Below are positions 14,308 through 29,500 of a stretch of 64,000 nucleotides of DNA, in pieces (position 1 is the first letter of the stretch; each line of letters begins with the position of its first letter). The position numbers were made by a program, and so were the translations under genes. Origin of the DNA: Camelus dromedarius (Eukaryota); NCBI RefSeq assembly GCF_036321535.1, contig NC_087437.1, forward strand, positions 102,984,001 through 103,048,000. The letters run 5' to 3'. The notes under the pieces were generated by a model. That model worked only from the letters and a program-made list of their open reading frames with translations. It had not been told where the DNA came from and did not search any database.

Positions 14308-14495
14308 TGTTGTGGTAGAAAGGGAATAGAGTATAGACATAGACTTGGATTAGAATCCTGTAATCTTGGGCAAGTCACCTACTTCTGAACCATGTTTGCT
14401 CATCAGTGGATCAGTGGATAATAATGACACCTACCTTGCAGGGCTGTTATGAAGAGTAAATGGATAAAATTTATAAAGCACCTAATATAGTTAAT
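14308..14495 (+). mobile_element. MIR SINE
   Basis: cttgggcaagtcacctacttctgaacc...ctcatc...ataatgacacctaccttgcagggctgttatgaagagtaaatg. Confidence 0.75.
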
Positions 14496-17400
14496 CACAC
14501 TTCATAATTTCGTTGCATTACCTTACTAATTTATTTTTGAAATTGTGGCCACAGATGTATCTGGTTTTCTAAAGTTCTGCCATTGAACCCTCTTCTCCTT
14601 CTACGTTTTCTTTCTGTTGTACATTTCATCCATGTTCATGCTTCTAAAATTTTTGACTCCCTATAATTATTGCATTCTTATTTTCTAGGTACTCCTCTCC
14701 CATCTTCTCTGATACTTGACGGTTGCTTTGCTCAGTTTCCTTCATTTTATGTCAGCCCTGCACTCTGTTCATAAAAGATTCTACTCAAAGCATACATCTT
14801 ATCTTAACATACAAATTTCAAAATGATCAGTGGCTGTCCCTTGTGATACAAAAAAACTAAGAATTATCGATCAAGACATTAAATTGACTTGAGGATCCCT
14901 CTGAAACTTATCTTCCTAGTAAACATTGTCTATGTTGTCTATTCTTGAAATCAAACTCATTCTTCAAAGACTAAATCAAATGCTTCCCCATAATTCAAGT
15001 TACTAGAGATCCTTTTAGACAGTTGATGTCTTCCATCAGACATTTCAGTTATTACATACTCACTTGGTAACTTTCCTAGAACTTACCTTAATTCTTTCAT
15101 TTTACATAACACATGTATATTTATAACCATGTTCATTCTTAGCTTCCATGCTATTCACTAAAGTGCCTTGATTAGATGTTACTTGTGCTTATTCCCCTTT
15201 ATGTAACTTCATACAAGGTTTTTGATTATTATATAAATGACATTGAAAATTAGTTAGCAAATTTCTAGAATCATAAAAATAACCAAGCAGTAAAGACAGA
15301 CTCAGTAACATTTACTAGTTTAAAAAAAATTCTCTTATTGTTCTGATTTTTTTAATCTTAGATCTATGACAACCACTAGGCGTGATCAATACTGCACTTT
15401 TAAATCATGATCATTAAGTTATGTTTTCTAGAAGGATATACTTATTTTCTCACCTGCCAACAAAGCTCGCAATACAAAGGAAATGATGAAGAACTGAAGA
15501 GGAAAATATTGCCCTTCTCTTTCTCAAACCAAGTACACATGTCTTCAGATCAGTAATAGTCGGCCTAGAGAGTACTGGTATTAGATTTTTGTGAGCCATG
15601 CAGTACCTCTAAAGAATTTATAAAACAGGAGAACATAAAACTTGAATTAATGTGCCTTGCAATGTTATATGATATCTAGCAAATTTTTTCAGTGCCCTGG
15701 AAACCATATTGCTTTGAAAGTTCCTTTCAGACTAAAGTATGAGTGAGGCATTATGTTTGAAAGAGAAAATAGTTGTGTTAATAAGATTCAGAAACCAATG
15801 CTTTATCTCAAAACACTGCCAAACTAAATACAATGTAAATAGAGATAAAGTGACAAGCTTAAGAAGAAAGCATAGTCTAGAAACATAAAATAAAGCAGAA
15901 AAAGCATTTGCAATCATCACATTTCAAACACAATTGGAGAGATCTGAAATATATTCCATAAGAATGAGAAAGCAGTCGCTGAACAGAGTGCATGACAGAC
16001 AAGCATGGAGGAGTGGAGAGTTCAGAGCTCTCTAGAACAGTTATTATCATAGTGAGGCCCTGTAAATGCTTTTCTTATGAAACCACTGACACTGACTTTT
16101 CCATCCAGCCACACAAATGTGCAGCGATTTGAGAGTCAGCACAGAAAGTTAAAGACAAAATTTTCCCCCATGGGTGTTATCAAATACTGCAAAGCCTTTA
16201 AGACTTGAAAGTTTTTCACATTTGTATTCATCTGTGAATAGGAAATGAACTTCTCCAAAAGAGAAAAGTAATCCGATTTATTGTGACCGGCGTAGAATGG
16301 CCCCTTCCATTCTACTTCAGATTTTACTGTATTTCTCCTGTGCTTAAGATAGCTTAATTCTACCTGCAATAAATGTGATATTTAAAGATAATCTGAATGG
16401 ACTATAAATAGACATTTGGATACTGTTCTTTTATCTAAAGCTCATATTTTCAAATAGAGGTCCTTCAAGGCATTATTAAAAAAATTAATTTATTACATAA
16501 GTATTTCTAATATTTGAAGAAACGCCTACAAACATGTGCTAAATATGTTTTTAGAGGTAATATATACATTTGCCCATAAAATTTATTTAACAGTATTCAT
16601 TTTATATTTTAAATGTTCATTAAATCCAAAAGAAAAATAAATAAAAAGGTTAACATTTACATAGAGACAGCATTTGGGAAAATCCTATTTTTAATATATG
16701 ATTAGCAGGCAAAGGCTGAACCCGGACCAATGTCCTTATCTTGGGAAGCCTCTTGAAAATTAATAGATTTTAATATCATTTCTCTTAAAGGTATTTACAG
16801 CGATTAAAGCTGAAGATGAAATAGAAAAGTTCCTTGCACATTATCTTTAAATTAAAATAATAAAACATCATCAACTACAATAGAATTGTAAGAAGAACTC
16901 TGCTTCATCGTACATTGCGGTGGCGTCTGTGAAAGGCCAGCTCCTTTACACAGCAGGGTGAATCATTTTAAAAATTCTAGAAAGTACTTAGAGTAATCTA
17001 GGATGTACTACTTATTTTAAAGGTGATGAAATTCACATATAAGAAAGTTTATAGATTCACTCAAGCTCACATTGTTAGTTAAAGTCACAGTTGGCCTTTT
17101 TCACCTTAGTATAGTAGTTAATTAAAGTAATTTTAAACTACCCATTATAGGTGTCAGAATACATATGCATATTATATCACTAATACTAGCTATGTCCATT
17201 TATTTTCTTTAAAATCTCTTTTCACAGTATATTCTGTTTAATTTTTTAATCCTTATTCTTAAACTTAATTTAACATTAATATGATAAGATATACAGCAAA
17301 TCAAAATTCAGTTGAACCTCCAGTGTTCTTACTTTGCAATAATAACATTCCAATGTTGTTGATTTTGAATGAGGTCAAAACGCTTATTAATTCATAGGGA

Positions 17401-18519
17401 TACTATCTACTATCATCCATAGTAACATTTAAAATACCTTTAGTCTAGGACTTCAGAATAGGCAACACACAAAGAAACCGAAAAAGAGGTGCCCATAAAA
17501 TGTGTTAATATGCATAGCCTCAACTCAGAATAACGCTTAAAAATTTCTGATACAATTCTAACTGCAAAGTTCAAAAGATAAGAAAGCCTAAGAATTTTAG
17601 GACAGGCCATTTTGCGAACTGAATGCTACAAGCTTTCCTATACATATTCAAAAAATAAAGATATATAAAGCTTCATCTAACCTTAAGAATAGCAGAAAGG
17701 TAGTGCCCTGGTGAAGTTCCTGTGAATCCGCCCAGGACTGTCTGGAGCCATCTGTATCTGCGATTGTAATTCAGAAAGAAAAGCCTACTTAAAAACCAAA
17801 AGAAAAAATATTTATACCTGAAAATAATAAATGATAGAGCATTTGGAACTCTGCAAAATATAATTCCATCACTTTAGAAATGGCAATTTTCTATTCAGTA
17901 ACTTAACTGTTCGTTTTTGTCAGGTAGATTTGGACATTTTCTTATAAATTCACAGATCCCAGAACATCCTTCGTTCATCTCAATGACATTTGAAAAAATA
18001 TCTTTACACTTTTCATCCAGAATAAACTATCCCATAGCATCTTTATCTTCTATCCCCTAAACTTCAGATCTTCCAAGTTACAACACTATCACACTAGCCA
18101 GGCAGTGTTTGAAAGAGCATTCTGCTTGGCTGCCAGTTGGACAAGTCTTTCCTTTACAGGTCATCTTGACTAGGGAAAGCCTGTAGGAGGCAAAATTCAT
18201 ACCTTGTTGTGCTCTTTAAACTTAGGACATGATTCAGGGCCACATTAGCTAACAGGATTGGGCAACTCTTTGTAATTTATCTTCCAAGGAGTTGCATCTA
18301 TCTAAAATTCGTAAACCTTGAGTGATAGCTGCCGTCTCTGGATGCTGGTCATTCAGCAATATTTGCAGAGTGCCTTAAGAGCTGTACAGTGATACAGTGG
18401 CATTTTGGGGACTGTAAGGAGTTAATCCAACTAGAAGATGCTCTTTGGTTATCTTCTCATCGTATACACTGTCCTACAAAAAAAAAAATGAGAAGGCTGC
18501 TAGTTAAAATTATTTATGG

Positions 18520-18700
18520 TCATTCATTTATTCAACAGATATGCATTGAGAGTATATTACTCTGGGTTTTATCTTGGTGAACAAACAGATAAATTACTTG
18601 TACTCACAGAGCATCTATTCTACTGAGTGTTGAGAAATAATAAAGATAAATAAGTTGTACAATATGTTAAAAGCTGGTAAGGGTTATTGAAATAAAAAAG
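18520..18700 (-). mobile_element. LINE-2 3' remnant
   Basis: cattcatttattcaacagatatgcattgag...ggtgaacaaacaga...ctcacagagc. Confidence 0.6.
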
Positions 18701-19559
18701 CTATTTAAAATAAGACAATCCATGTAATGTTTTAATACACACCAAATAGAATGTGGTGTTGTTTAAATTTTATATGTAGACTAAAGACAAAATTGTTCAC
18801 AATTTTGATCCCAATTAGGAAGAAAGGAGAAGAGACGAGTACTAAAGATTGTATCTGCTGCAACTTTGTTTTTCTTAAAGAGAACAATATGGATAATATA
18901 TAGCAAAATACTGAATCTTAGTACTAGGTCATAATTATGTGTTATATTCTTATTCTGTACTTTATGTTTGAAGCACTTTATTAGTGCTTTTAAGCTTACA
19001 ATAAGTTTTCATCATATGTTAAAATAATTTTTGTGTCTCAAATATTAGATATGATTTAAATTATAAAACTTTTGTGTATTTCAAAATATGTGTATGTGCC
19101 ACATTTGTGTGTGTGCTCTTGTAAAAAGGCTTGGATTAATAATAATGGTGTGTATTTGCTTCTTTGATCACTTTCCCTACCATTTGCTGCCCACAAAACA
19201 TATTGAAGTTGCTTAGAGGGTATCTGAGGGGATTTTATGTTACCAAGTCAATTTAAAAATAGTAAAATATATTTGAATGCATTCTCAAATGTATTATTAT
19301 TTTACTGTCTTAATAACTTGTGTTTGATTCGATCAACTGGTTACTGTAGATCCTAATAATTTAAAATTGTAGGCACATTTTCCATTTTTCTAGTGACTTT
19401 GTTCTTGTCAAAATTAAACCTGAAATACCACTGGTAATGAATAGCAAACTATGAAAGTGTTTGTAAAAAGCTATCATTTTTACCAAAAACTTGATTAGCT
19501 GACATTTTAGGCATTATAATACTAATAAATACTTTTCTATTAGATTTTTCAGTTCTATG

Positions 19560-19735
19560 GATGTTTCTAAGTGTTTAGCATGCATAAATTTATTTAATCC
19601 TCATAAAACTCTATGCTGCATCTCCTACAGATGAGAAAACAGAGTCAGGAGTGTCAAGTACCTTGCCCAAGGGCACATAGCTGTGAAGTGGTACATCTGG
19701 CATTTGCACTCTGATAGTCTGTCTTCAGAGAAAAG
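19560..19735 (-). mobile_element. MIR SINE
   Basis: atttaatcctcataaaactctatg...tacagatgagaaaacagag...cttgcccaagggcacatagct. Confidence 0.78.
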
Positions 19736-20029
19736 CTCTTCTCTCATTATCTCATTTACTCTGCATATGAATCCCTTTTGTTCATACTGTATATGAATCT
19801 ATTCCATAACTGGTTCATTTAATATTTAGTAAATGTATTCTTTCATCAGTCATTGTTCTTGGGCTGGTTATATGGAAATGATAAGGATTTTTAATGCCCC
19901 TCTCAAATTAAATAAACTATCCCAGATGTGTTTACAAATCAAGGTACTTAAGCTTATCTGAATCATCACATGGTTGGGTTTTTTGGAAATCATATCAAAT
20001 CCTGTATAACAACAATAAAAAGATATCTA

Positions 20030-20230
20030 ATGTTACTGAGCATTATTATATGCAAGAGAACTGTTCTAAAAGCTTTAGATACATTGATTTATTTGAAACA
20101 CACCTACATACACACAAGTATGGCATAATTATTATTATCCCCATTTAGTAATGAATAATATGAGGCACAGAGAGTTTTAGATAATTTGTCTAAGTGCCAT
20201 GAAGTGCCAGATTTGAGTGATTGGACTGGG
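20030..20230 (-). mobile_element. MIR SINE
   Basis: ttactgagca...ctgttctaaaagcttt...attattatccccattt...tgaggcacagagagtt. Confidence 0.65.
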
Positions 20231-20409
20231 CTCTATTTGTAGTCATCAAATGCCACTATTTGGCAAAATAATAATAACGTAGTAAACAATAATAAAGAAA
20301 ATGTATTTGCTTTCATTTTATTTTAATTAAGCCATAATTCATAAATTAAAAATATCCTATATGGTTATTTCATCTATAAATATTTTTAAAGATTGTTTCA
20401 AAACCATTT

Positions 20410-20434
20410 TCTCTCTCTCTCTCTCTCTCTCTCT
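20410..20434. repeat. (CT)n microsatellite
   Basis: Seen directly. Confidence 0.9.
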
Positions 20435-22729
20435 GTTTGTTTCTTTTATTTGTTCCCAGTATGTGATTCTAATACACCATGAAATCCAAGCCTGAGACCT
20501 AAAGATAATGAAGCACCACTGAATCACCATGTGCTTTGATCCTAAAAGGAGAAATATTATTCTGTGATATTTCTTTTTTCTCATCTACCCCTTTATTTCT
20601 TACTCTCTCCTCATCTCACTCTTGAACAATACCTCTTGTCTTATTGATCCTCGTAAAAATTTTGTTGCTCATAAGCTGCTTAGTCTCAATCTATCTTTAA
20701 GAATTTTGTCAAAAATGAATTGTGTTATCCTCCAAAATGCTCCCGCGTTATGTTAGAACCAGAAAATTGGAGAATTGCAGCTTTAATGAAAGCTTTGTTT
20801 TGGGGGTTATTATTTAAAAGAATAAGTAGTACGTACAATGTGTTTAGCTGTTGGTTCAGTAACATTCCTGATGAGACCTATGAAGATCAGAACCATGGAC
20901 AGGGCATAGTTTATACCTGCCTGTAGTAAGTGAATAGAATATTCCATTACAGTAAGAGAAATGAGAGACAAGTGTAGTAATAATTTGTGCAATTATAAAA
21001 TATTTTGAAGACATTAGTCCAGTGCGTTCTAGAGGTAAAAATTTTGACATACAAAATTACCAATTAAGAATGATAGCAAGAGTAGTGATTGGAAATTAAT
21101 CATTGCTAAAATCCTTGAAGTGCTACATTGATTTGCATTAAGCAAAATGTAAAAGTACAGTTCCAAAAATACCTGGTTGCATAACTTTTGCAGCTATAGA
21201 GCTGATTTAGTAGATGAAGGGGCAGTAAATTTAACAGAACTTTTCATAAAACAGAGATGCACATGGAACATCCAAAATATTGCCTAATAAATTGAACTAC
21301 TTTAGAATTTATATGACAGTTCTCCCTTTTATAATTTAATGGGCAAAGTTCTGACAAAAAAACTTAAAGAAATATATGTATCATTATCATCTACTTCCTG
21401 GGAAAAAAGTTTGAGATATGCACTTTTTGAGAAAGTAACAGAGTATAAAATTGAGCATAAGTGCCAAAAGACCTGGATTATTTCAACTGCAATGCTATAC
21501 TATACCATGAATGCATATTAGTAGTAACTATTGCTAATTAATGACTCTATCTACTTCACTGTGTTTTATGCATAGTTTTCATGGTTTAAGCATTGTTAGA
21601 AATTATTAAAGGGGTAAAATTTAGGAGATTTAATGTATCTTATTTCTGAAAATTTGAAAACATTTATCCACTGAAGTAAATCTCATATAGAATTTTTTTT
21701 TTGATTTGAGGAACAACCATAAGAGAATATTATTTACTGATATTATGTGGCTCATACTGTTTTGAACCAAAAAGATCATACCTTTATGTGTCTCTTTTCC
21801 ATCTACTGAGGGGGTGGAGTTACAAAAAAAATCTGATGTCTTTCTCTTTAAGTATCGAACCTTATTGAGAGGGATATATAATTACCATTTTCACAAACAT
21901 TTTAAAGGTACTTGTATATTTTATGCCTACCCAAGCAACATACCCAGAACACAGAAATGACTGATCTTGTGTCACTCTGAAAACCAACTTTGTTCATTTG
22001 TGTTCTCTTAAAACTGACTTTATTTCCCTCAGGGCTCTCAGTTTTTCAGCCTCTAAGTCAGAAATACACTTCTGCATGTCTACCTCACCCTTATATGCAT
22101 AATTTTAAGGATAAATGCAAGCTTTTCTTCCCCACTTACCTTGAAGTAGAGTGAAACTCTAAGATGCTACTTGGTTAATAGAAAGGTTCCTAAGAAGTTT
22201 TCAGGTGGTTGAGGGTACTAGAGTCCTATCATCCAAGTAATGCTAGCATTACTTAAATATAAACCAGTCGTGGATATCTGAATTTTTTATTACACTAAAA
22301 TTATATGACTTAAATGTAAGAAAATAATTACTGAGAAGAAAATGTATGCAGATATATATTCATGTTTAAGTTACCACTGGAAAACAAACTGAGATTAATG
22401 ACTTAAAATAAGAAATATTTGAATTATAAAATTAATGTTAATAATCTAATTATAAGGTCTCTGAATTAAAAACTTTTATATCCCTTGTTAGAAGAATCAG
22501 TCAGTAATTACTGTTGTGCATGAATTCTACAGCAGTGTTTCAATATTGCTTGAGTTGCCACTTGGTGGCAGTCATGTGTTGGGTTGCTTCAGTGGTGAAT
22601 GGGGTTTAGATGATTTAGAGGTATAGTCAATGATCTTAGGCAAATTAAAATGTTATGGGGTGAATAATATTCATTAACAGGACTAATTATTGCTAGTTAT
22701 GTAAGCATATACTGCATGCATGTTTCCCT

Positions 22730-23580
22730 CCAGATTTATTGAGGTATAACTGAGAAAATTATAATATATTTAAAGTATGCAAAGTGATTATTTGATTTAA
22801 CTATACATTGTGAAAGGATTCCCTCCAGCAAGTTATTACCTCATTCATCACATAATTATTTTTTGAGAATATTTTAGTTCTACTATCTTAACAAATTTCA
22901 ATTATACATAGATTGTTATCAACTATAGCCACCATATTATACATTAGATCTTCAGATCTTAATTACCTTAATTGAAAGTTTGTAGCCTGTTTGTAACCCT
23001 TCCCTATTTCTCCTTGCTCCAGCCCCTGGCACCCACTATTGTACTCTGTTTCTGTGAGTTTCGTTTGTTTAGGATTCCGCATATAAATGAGATCAGTAGT
23101 ATTTGTCTTTGTCTGGCTTATCTCACTTAGCATAATGCCCTCCAGGTTTATCCATGTTGTCACAAATGACAGGGTTGCTTTCTTTTTAAAGGCTGAATAG
23201 TATTCCATTGTGAATATATAGATATAAACACTAGTAGTTATCTATTTTTATCTATATCTGTATCTTACATTTTTCTTTATCCATTCATTCATTAGGTTAT
23301 TTCCATACCTTGGCTGTTAATGACTAATACAGCTATCAACATGGAAGTGCAGATATTTCTTCCAAATAATGATCTCATTTCCTTTGGGTATATGCCCAGA
23401 AGTGGAATTGCTGGATCATGTTGTAGTTTTATTTTTAATCTCTTGAGGAATCGTCCATAGTGGCTAACTTCCATAGTGACTGTGCCATTTGCATTTTCAC
23501 CCACAATGTACAAGTGTTCCCTTTTCGCCACATTCTTGCCAAAATTTGTTATCTCTTGTCTTTTTGATAATAGACATAAT
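22730..23580 (-). mobile_element. LINE-1 3' fragment (L1MA-like) with ORF2 C-terminal remnants
   Basis: ORFs 22963-23208 (MEYYSAFKK...WINLEGIMLSEISQ) and 23292-23531 (DPAIPLLGIYPKE) are L1 ORF2 C-terminus; 3'UTR begins tttattgaggtataactg. Confidence 0.92.
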
Positions 23581-26500
23581 TTTCTTTCTATATAGACATT
23601 TTAATCAAATTATCTATACTATTTGGATAAAAATCAACAAATTAGCTTTTGCTTCTATTTTTGCTCTTTTGCTGCCAGGACACTGGTATCAAGTGCACTT
23701 ATATTTAAATTGGAATTGTTTTAATGTACCTTGTCCATGCGAATTACCTTTTGGCATCACCAACTAGGGACAAGAATAAAATGTAACACCACAAGAAGCT
23801 ATATATTTTTCTTTTTTCATGAAATTAATAATTTGGGTCATGATATATATTCTCTTTGCTATGTAGAAATAGCAACCAAAAATAATCATTTCTTTTTTTT
23901 TTTTTTTTTAGTGTTCAGTAAAAGAAGTTAAATCTGGTGATCCTACTAAATATCATTATCAATATACATACCCAACCTTCTAAAATAAGGTATAATTTTT
24001 ATAAAGAGTGATGGAAATTATATACTGTATTTAATAGCAAATGTAGGTTTATAATTTTCACATACACATTGAAAAATAAATTAGAAATTCTGATTAAATT
24101 TATACATAGGTTTAATATTTTAGAGCATTGTATATTCATTATTTCATATTAAATCATAACATTTTGATGCTAATTATTAATGTTCCCTTGACGTACAGCC
24201 ATTAGTGAAGAAAAGGGGTACTGAGTAATTTTATAAAATAGTCATAGAGGTTTTACTAATATCAACCTAAAGCAAACTTACTAATATTGGAAAAATTAAC
24301 AATCAGTACTTGAATAAAATGTATGTTGATCATTCCTGCAGTAATTATCTGTGCATTTATTAACATTATACTACATACCAGAAAAACTCCTTGCCCAGTA
24401 GGTACCATGATTAGCGCAGGAATAAGATCAGCCCCTGCCCTCATAAAGCTTGCAGTCTAACAGGGAAAACAAGCAAAAAGAAAATGGGCTAAAATGAATA
24501 ATAATAGGAAAAAGAACAAGACACTGTGTGGGCACCTAATGGAAGTATCAAACTTAGGCTGGAGGCAGGATCAGGGTAGTCTCTGTGAAAACAAATTATG
24601 CACTGACATATCTTTTAAATGGATATATGCATATGAAAGAAATTTAAATTCGAATTTGAATAAACTCTTTTTCCTAGGAAGTGTTTGAAGTATTGATTTT
24701 TTTCTCAAGGAGAACTATTCTGCTAAAACACTCTGCAAAGATGCTGATTTTCAATTTTATAACAACACTATTCAGTGATGACATCTCTCATTTGCACATT
24801 ATCTGTGGTGCGAACTGTATGTGTACTTTCTTTTGCAGCATTATTCACCTTTTAACCCAAGCTTTCCCTAAGGGTTAATGAGTGTTTGGAGTAGTAGGAG
24901 ATTTTAAGCAGAGTTAAGAATCCTTGATCCATAAAATCACTACCTTATGGGAAATGTGAGACCAGCAGGTCATTAATGCTGTTATTGTGCTGAGAATTTA
25001 AATGTATGATAAATAAATTGCTCAGCAGATTATTTTCCAATACAGATATTCAGTAATAAGTAAATTGTGGCTAATGGTATTTTAGCTCCATATTTTACTT
25101 TTATAGTGTCTACTTTGATAACAACATAACATCCTCTATAATATTTTCCAGTTTTTAAAAGTGAAACATTATAGCAAAAAAAGTTTTCAAGTAATTTCCA
25201 CATATCCATCCAGTTAGTCAAAATAGGACATCAAATCCAACTATTCAAACATCTCTAGACTCATATAATCTTATGACAGGCATACAGGGAAAAAAAAACT
25301 TGATGAAGTATTGAAATGCTTTGGTAATGAAGATATATAAATAGCTTTTTTTCTTTAGTCTATTTAAATTTTCATTAGAACTTAATGAGATATAAATGTT
25401 TCTGTATGGTATAGTTTAGATTTTGAAAAGTAAGAAATACCTAGGATTTGAATATTCAACAAGTTTGCAAGGAAATTAAATCCACAGTTTTATTTATTCT
25501 CTGATTGAATATTATTTAAATTATTTATCATTTTATATATAAATTAAGTTGACGAGTATTGAAAAATAGCCTTAGTAGATGCACCTAGTCCACTTTATTA
25601 TTTCTAAAAATTCTATTGCATGAAATTCATTCATCATGAAACTCTCCAGAGAGATCTAAAATTATAAATTGAAAAGGTGTGAGTCAAGTAGTTAATACAC
25701 TCCTAAATCAATTAGGACCTTTATACTGAGTGTAACAGAAAATTCAAAAAAACTGTTTTTGATGGTTATATGATGGAATTAATTGACTCACCTAATTGTA
25801 AAGTGTAGAGGTATGATTGGATGTAGACACAGCTTTATCCAGCAGCTCAAACTCCACAGACAATTCACACCTCCATCTGCCCACAGCTGTTTGTTTGCTT
25901 AGTTCATTTCCGCTCTACATTCAGATCTCAGCTCAAAGGTTCATCCCACTGAAGACCACCCATCACCAACCTCTATCTTTACTGCACTAGGTCAAGTCCC
26001 CTTGTTATATGTCCTCATAGCAGCCTCTGTTTTTTAAAATGTATTAGTAATAGCAATATACTTATTATGAAGGATTATAATTATTTATATAAATTAATAT
26101 TACATTAATATGATTATGTTCTTGCCTGGGTTATTATAGGCATGTAATCTGCACTTACTGAGTTAATGAATACTTAAATGAAGTCAAGCATCTACCACCA
26201 TTCTTAACACATAAAGTGACCATGAACATAAATACTCTGTTACTTTCTCTTGGACTTTGTCTGGTGTCCATCATTGCATCTTTCTCTGATGAAATTCTGC
26301 CCTCCTTCATGAAACTTTCCTGATTGTCCAAAAAAAAAAGTCTTCTCTGTCTTTGAAACCCAGGGAGATGATATCCTTCTTTTGGCATTGGTCATAGTCT
26401 TATATAGTCTAGTTATTTAGGGATGGGTGTTAATATTGTCTACTGAGTCACTTAATTCAGAGAGCATGAATTATCTCATCTTTTAATTTTCCATAGTGGG

Positions 26501-29500
26501 AAATTAACAGCTATCAGTAAATATATTTGAATTAATAAATATATTAAATACAAGATGTGCTCCTCTTATTTGAAGGTTCGAATGTTTGATTATTTTTTTT
26601 CACAGTTATCAGTGTTTCCTTGTAAATGTGAAAGCGATTTGTATCTTGGTTTGGACAGTTAATGCTTTACAAAATCATAATCAAATTTGTGTAAATTAAA
26701 TAATACAAAAGAATGCTTGCTTTTAAAAGAATTATCTTCTAAAAAACTGATCAATTTTTGTTACATAATGGCCTCATACCCATTTCTAAGTAAAATGGAG
26801 TGAGATAAACTCAGTTCTCTTTTGTGATTACTAGTTTTTCATGTGAAGATAGATATTAGGCAACTTTTTAGATTCTCTTTCCCGTGAGATGGAATCTCAA
26901 ATCAATAGATATGTAAGATCTAAAAAATGAAGGTTTAGCTAAATAATAGATGAAATAAAGTAGTTGCTAAGCCCAGTAAGATATAAAGTGAAAATGAATC
27001 TCTATGTTCCAACAATGGTCCTTATAAAAATATATTTTGTAGGAAATTTTTAATACCTAAAAAAATACATATCACCATTAAGAAGTAAAAGTGTTGATTT
27101 TGATAAATGAGAAAAAAGGTTCCAAAAAATTATATTATATTTTATATTTATACCTAATAGTTTTACTCTCACTTATGAAACTTGGTAATTATTTTATAAC
27201 TACTAAAGTATAATTTTATCTGAGTACAGTGCTCAGGCAAAGTAATTATTGATACAAACTATTGAAAGATAACTGTTTTCTATTTTTGTAGGTATTTTCA
27301 AAATAAAATCTATTAAATTTGGGAACTTAAGGCAGTGTGGTATTTGTAAAACTCCTTATTCAGGATTGTTTCAGTCATAGCTATGAGATGACCAAATAAA
27401 CGTGCTTAGTAGCAAACTCTTAGGTTCAAGCAATATCTACAAACATCATTTCATTTGTGTGTGTGTGTATGCATTTTGCAAAGCAAATTTGGAGCCTCCG
27501 TGTTTTCTCTATAACCCATAATATCAGAACAACAACAAAATTTTTAACCTAGGTACCTGGGCAGAGTTTGAGGTTTAAGACAGAAAACTAGAGTTAAGCA
27601 GACAACCCTGTTTTAATACAATTTCTCTATCATATTTGTCCATTTTCAATGATTCTTTGTTTTGTTTCCTTAAGGCCAAACCTGTTAACCTGAGAATTCT
27701 GTTCATTATTTATGTTTCTATCGCTGGTTTCTCTGCTTTCTGAGTCATTAATTACTGATTGATACTTAATCCTATTTCTGGAGGCACATGGTTGGTATTT
27801 TCAGGAGAATGAGCAGAAATAATACAGCTGTAATGGGCATGACTACCTAATTCCATAATCCTTTCATTAGTCAGGCATCCCATTTAGTAGAGTATTTAAT
27901 CCTGCAGAGAGCCCAGAGGGATCAACTCACACTGTCACTGTGGTTTCGAATTTTTTAAGGTTTCATATCATTTTATCTTCTGAAGAGAAGTTCTACCTAA
28001 CTGCTTTCTATAATAAGCTACGGCAATAGGTAAGATGGACCATGAAACTCTCAGCATATTTAAATATTTCATAGCAAATGATGGCATAATTATGAACATT
28101 GTGACTACTTTTTATCTTTCTAACATTTCAACTCAGAATTTTCAATTCCTGATAAAATCAGAACCCTAACTTCCTAACCTCTGAAAAAGTCTCCATTTAA
28201 ATGATCTTTTGGCTTAATTTACAACCCCAAGGTTGTGTTTAAATAAAAAGAATTTCTCTTCCAGATTAAGAATATCTATTTTATATACATTTTTTTCTCC
28301 TTGTCAAGCACATGTTCAACTGGGCACTAATCTGTTCAAGGTTTACTGTTCTCCAAATTAATTTGAGACTTCCCTTTTAAGAAATTTTAATCAAATATAA
28401 ATTCAATTTGCTGTACAGTTATATTATCCTAATAAAGAGCATTAATAAAAAATAAACCTTATTCATCAAGTCATACAATACAGTTATGGCTTAAGTGGGA
28501 TTTTTAAAACAATATTTATATTTAGTATTTCTTGAAAATTTTAGACACTACTAAACGTGGAATTCTTAAAAGAATATTAGCCTTTGGGCCTTTGAAAGAT
28601 CTTCCATTTATCTGAAACAGTTTGAAATATTTATTCAATTCATTTCAATTCTTAAAACTAAAAACCACAATGCCATGATAAATTTACAAAATGGGTATGA
28701 GTTGCCTTTTTCTAGTATAGAAGTTTGCTGTAAAACTTCATCATTGGGACAAAACATATAAAAACTATTTGGATTTACATTTTTTTATTTCAAAATGATA
28801 TTTAAAGTCATTTTTTTTCTTAGCCAAGAAGTATTCTTCTGACATTTTTCATTAGAGATATTGCAAATTACCTTTTAATTATGGATTAGAATTTATTTTT
28901 GAAAATAAAGGTTATAGAAGACTAAATATTATATATGAAAATAAGAAAGCAGATCAAAGTCAAATCACAGAAACGTTTATAATCATGAACATTTTGTTTT
29001 GAGTTGTAAATTTAATTTTAGGAGTAAAGTTTTTCTTTTTAATTGAATAAAATGATAGTATTTCAATATTTTTTCCTCTTAACATTAACGTTTGTTAACT
29101 GATGCCTACATCAGATCAAAGCATTTTTCAAGAGGGTAAAATGTATCAAATTTGAACCTTTAGTTATTTTAGGACAAACATTAAGGCAATATTCTTTCTT
29201 ATGAAGAGTTGTAATAAGATGGCCATTTTCCCCTGACATAATCAACTGGGAGTTCAGAGAGTTGTTTACCTCAATTTCCCAGGGTTGCAAAGTGTCAGCC
29301 CCTCAAATATGTATTATAATACTGAAAAAGGCTTCAATCACATGGCATTATCTTCTCAGAGCAATTCCCCTTGGTGGGTCAGTACAGCAAATAATGGAAG
29401 CATTTGTAATCTCTAGATACAATTGGACTAACTTGAAATTGGATTCTCAATTTCCTTCATATGAGAAGATTTTCCAATGTTGTCAGTATTTATTGACCAA

